DNA of 35,088 nucleotides from Bryobacteraceae bacterium (GTDB lineage Bacteria; Acidobacteriota; Terriglobia; Bryobacterales; Bryobacteraceae): NCBI GenBank assembly GCA_030037375.1, contig JASHRP010000045.1, positions 1 to 35,088 of the forward strand, read 5' to 3'. Shown piece by piece: positions 33,212 to 35,088 of this stretch (position 1 is its first letter; each line of letters starts with the position of its first letter). The notes under the pieces were generated by a model. It saw only the letters and a program-made list of their open reading frames with translations, ran no database searches and was not told where the DNA came from. The position numbers and the translations under genes were made by a program.

Positions 33212-33372
33212 CGTCGGCTGGGATCTCCCTAATTTGGGTTGGACAGTGGATAACAATAGCGGAGATTTGTTCCAGCGCGATGAAATTTGCGTCAAGAATC
33301 GATTTGGGCGCGCTGACGTGCTCGCGTGCGGATTGAAATATGACTGAAATATAGGTGGTCTAAACTCTAGGA
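33212..33372. promoter_or_regulatory. Divergent AT-rich intergenic region between phosphoesterase copy 2 and the multicopper oxidase
   Basis: The genes diverge from this 161-bp gap. It contains TGAAAT[A/T]T three times (33281, 33334, 33345), the last two phased 11 bp apart. Confidence 0.4.
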
Positions 33373-35022
33373 TTGCTATCAGGCGCGCGATCGACTCGAC
33401 GGCGGTTTCTTGAAACGTCCATCGTTGCGGCCATCGCCGCTCGCCCAGACGCGCAATGCGATGCGCAGAGCGGCGTGCCGGCGTCCGCCGGCCCGGTTCG
33501 CGGATTATCGCTCAACCCCAACGTGCTGGAGCGATGGGCCGACGAGATGCCCATCCCCGAGCTCGCGTCGCCCTCCGGTCACGTTGCCGATACCCGTAAT
33601 CGAAAGATCCAGATTCCGCGCTATCGAATTGCGATGCGGGAGTTTCAAGCGAAGGTCCACCGCGATTTGCCGCCCACCACGTTCTGGGGCTACAACGGCA
33701 TGTGCCCCGGTCCGACTTTCGGGGCTCGCTCCGGCCAGGCTTTCAGTGTCGAATGGGTGAACCGGTTGCCGGACCAGCATCTGTTGCCGGTCGACCATTC
33801 GCTGCATGGCGCGGAGCCGGAAAAGCCGCTGGTGCGAACCGTGGTTCACTTGCACGGCGGCAAAGTCCCGCCTGAGAGCGATGGAAATCCCGAGCGCTGG
33901 ATCGTTCCGGGCCAGTCGGCCGTGAGTTACTATCCGAACCAGCAGGAAGCCGCGTCGTTGTTTTATCACGACCACGCAATGGGGATCACGCGATTGAACG
34001 CTGTCGCCGGCTTGTTTGGCATGTACTTCGTACGGGACGCATTCGAGGATTCGTTGAATCTTCCCAGCGGGCGATTTGAAATCCCGATTGCCATCTACGA
34101 CCGGCTCTTCAAGCCCGACGGTCAGCTCGACTATCCGGTGTCAGGCGACCCAGCCTCGCCTTGGGTATCCGAGTTCTACGGAAATGCAATCTTGCTCAAC
34201 GGCAAGCTCTTCCCGTATCTGGAAGTTGAGCCGCGCAAGTACCGGTTTCGAATTTTCAATACCTCAAATGCCTCGCCCTATCTTCTGTCTCTGTCGAAAG
34301 ACGGCCGCAACCTGATTCCGGGCGCCGAGCCGCTTTTCGTGATCGGGTCCGATCAAGGCCTGCTTTCGGAGCCGGTCGAAATGAAGAGCCTCCAAATGCT
34401 GCCGGCCGAACGCGCCGACGTGATCATGGATTTCACTCCGCACGCCGGTCAGGAGCTCTACCTGAAACACCTCGCCACTCCGATCATGCAGCTTCGTGTC
34501 GCGAAGGAAAAAGCCCCGGATCAATCGCGCGTCCCGTCAAAATTGCGCCCCATCCGCCGTATGGCGGAGTCCGAAGCAGTCAAGGCTCGTGAGCTGACCC
34601 TAGACCATCATCTGGATAGCCACGGACGGGCAATGCTGATGTTATTGAACGGGGCGCATTACTCCATGCCGGTAACGGAGACCCCGCTGCTCGATTCGGT
34701 CGAAATTTGGACCATCGTGAATCTGACGGATGACGTTCATCCCATTCATCTTCACCTGGTCCGCTTTCAAATCCTGGATCGCCGTAGATTCGATATGGAG
34801 GCGTATCAGAAGACGCGTAAGCTAACCTTCACGGGACCTGTCCTTCCGCCGGAGGACAACGAAATGGGATGGAAGGATACCGTTCGCGCGGACATTTCCA
34901 TGGTTACCCGGATCATCGTCAAATTTGAAGGATACACGGGCCGCTATGTCTGGCATTGTCACGTTCTCGAACATGAGGACAACGAAATGATGCGGCCTTA
35001 CGAAGTGCTGCCCCGTTCCTGA
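33373..35022 (+). CDS. Multicopper oxidase (CotA/bilirubin-oxidase-like laccase) with a twin-arginine signal
   Basis: 549 aa. Tat motif STRRRFLETSIVAAIAA. Copper ligand motifs VHLHGG, HDHAMG, HPIHLHLV and WHCHVLEHEDNEMM. An in-frame TAA at 33361 leaves only the TTG at 33373 upstream of the Tat motif. No well-spaced RBS, so the start codon is uncertain. Confidence 0.85.
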   Translation: MLSGARSTRRRFLETSIVAAIAARPDAQCDAQSGVPASAGPVRGLSLNPNVLERWADEMPIPELASPSGHVADTRNRKIQIPRYRIAMREFQAKVHRDLPPTTFWGYNGMCPGPTFGARSGQAFSVEWVNRLPDQHLLPVDHSLHGAEPEKPLVRTVVHLHGGKVPPESDGNPERWIVPGQSAVSYYPNQQEAASLFYHDHAMGITRLNAVAGLFGMYFVRDAFEDSLNLPSGRFEIPIAIYDRLFKPDGQLDYPVSGDPASPWVSEFYGNAILLNGKLFPYLEVEPRKYRFRIFNTSNASPYLLSLSKDGRNLIPGAEPLFVIGSDQGLLSEPVEMKSLQMLPAERADVIMDFTPHAGQELYLKHLATPIMQLRVAKEKAPDQSRVPSKLRPIRRMAESEAVKARELTLDHHLDSHGRAMLMLLNGAHYSMPVTETPLLDSVEIWTIVNLTDDVHPIHLHLVRFQILDRRRFDMEAYQKTRKLTFTGPVLPPEDNEMGWKDTVRADISMVTRIIVKFEGYTGRYVWHCHVLEHEDNEMMRPYEVLPRS

Positions 35023-35088
35023 AGTGCTGCCCGTTCTTAAGGCGCGATTACCTCGTATGGACGCATCATCTCATTGTCTTCGTGCTCC

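Noticed and set aside
33212-33295. 28-codon N-terminal extension of phosphoesterase copy 2.
   Set aside because: The internal ATG at 33211 yields a canonical signal peptide and has an RBS. The extension would bury the signal peptide.
1-35088. Looked for rRNA or tRNA genes, CRISPR repeat-spacer arrays, transposases/integrases with terminal inverted repeats, and phage genes.
   Set aside because: No regularly spaced direct repeats, no cloverleaf-like GC-rich 70-90-nt islands in the short intergenic gaps, and no DDE or tyrosine-recombinase-like ORFs were seen. Almost the entire window is covered by the annotated protein-coding genes.

Overview
High-GC bacterial chromosomal window. The protein style (Pro-rich linkers, Hanks-type kinases, AcpA-like phosphoesterases, Tat-exported laccase) suggests an Acidobacteriota-like origin, but this is inference only. 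Nt 702-24764 is a type VI secretion system (T6SS) locus. On the minus strand the order is tssB-tssC-hcp-tagJ-tssA-tssE-tssF-tssG-clpV-vgrG, with a separate tssK-tssL-tssM block. A plus-strand pair (DUF4280 PAAR-like gene plus a proline-rich unknown) converges on tssM. No TssJ, Fha, PppA or recognisable effector/immunity pair is visible. The most unusual part is a three-gene insertion at 7600-11827, between tssK and vgrG. It encodes (i) a tail-anchored protein with a degenerate kinase-N-lobe-like head and seven G-E-F-T-x-x-F motifs in a Pro-rich spacer, (ii) a second, diverged TssK, and (iii) a single polypeptide that is TssB-like at its N-terminus and TssC-like afterwards, ending about 125 residues short of the canonical TssC C-terminus. 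I cannot assign this trio to any named Tss/Tag accessory family. Upstream of tssB sit two divergently transcribed, paralogous Ser/Thr kinases, one soluble and one membrane-spanning. The right flank looks like housekeeping: a KimA-like APC permease, two tandem secreted PF04185 phosphoesterases and a Tat-signal multicopper oxidase. The left edge carries a 5'-truncated SAM methyltransferase. I saw no rRNA, tRNA, CRISPR array or transposase. All homology calls rest on by-eye motif recognition, and no database searches were run.
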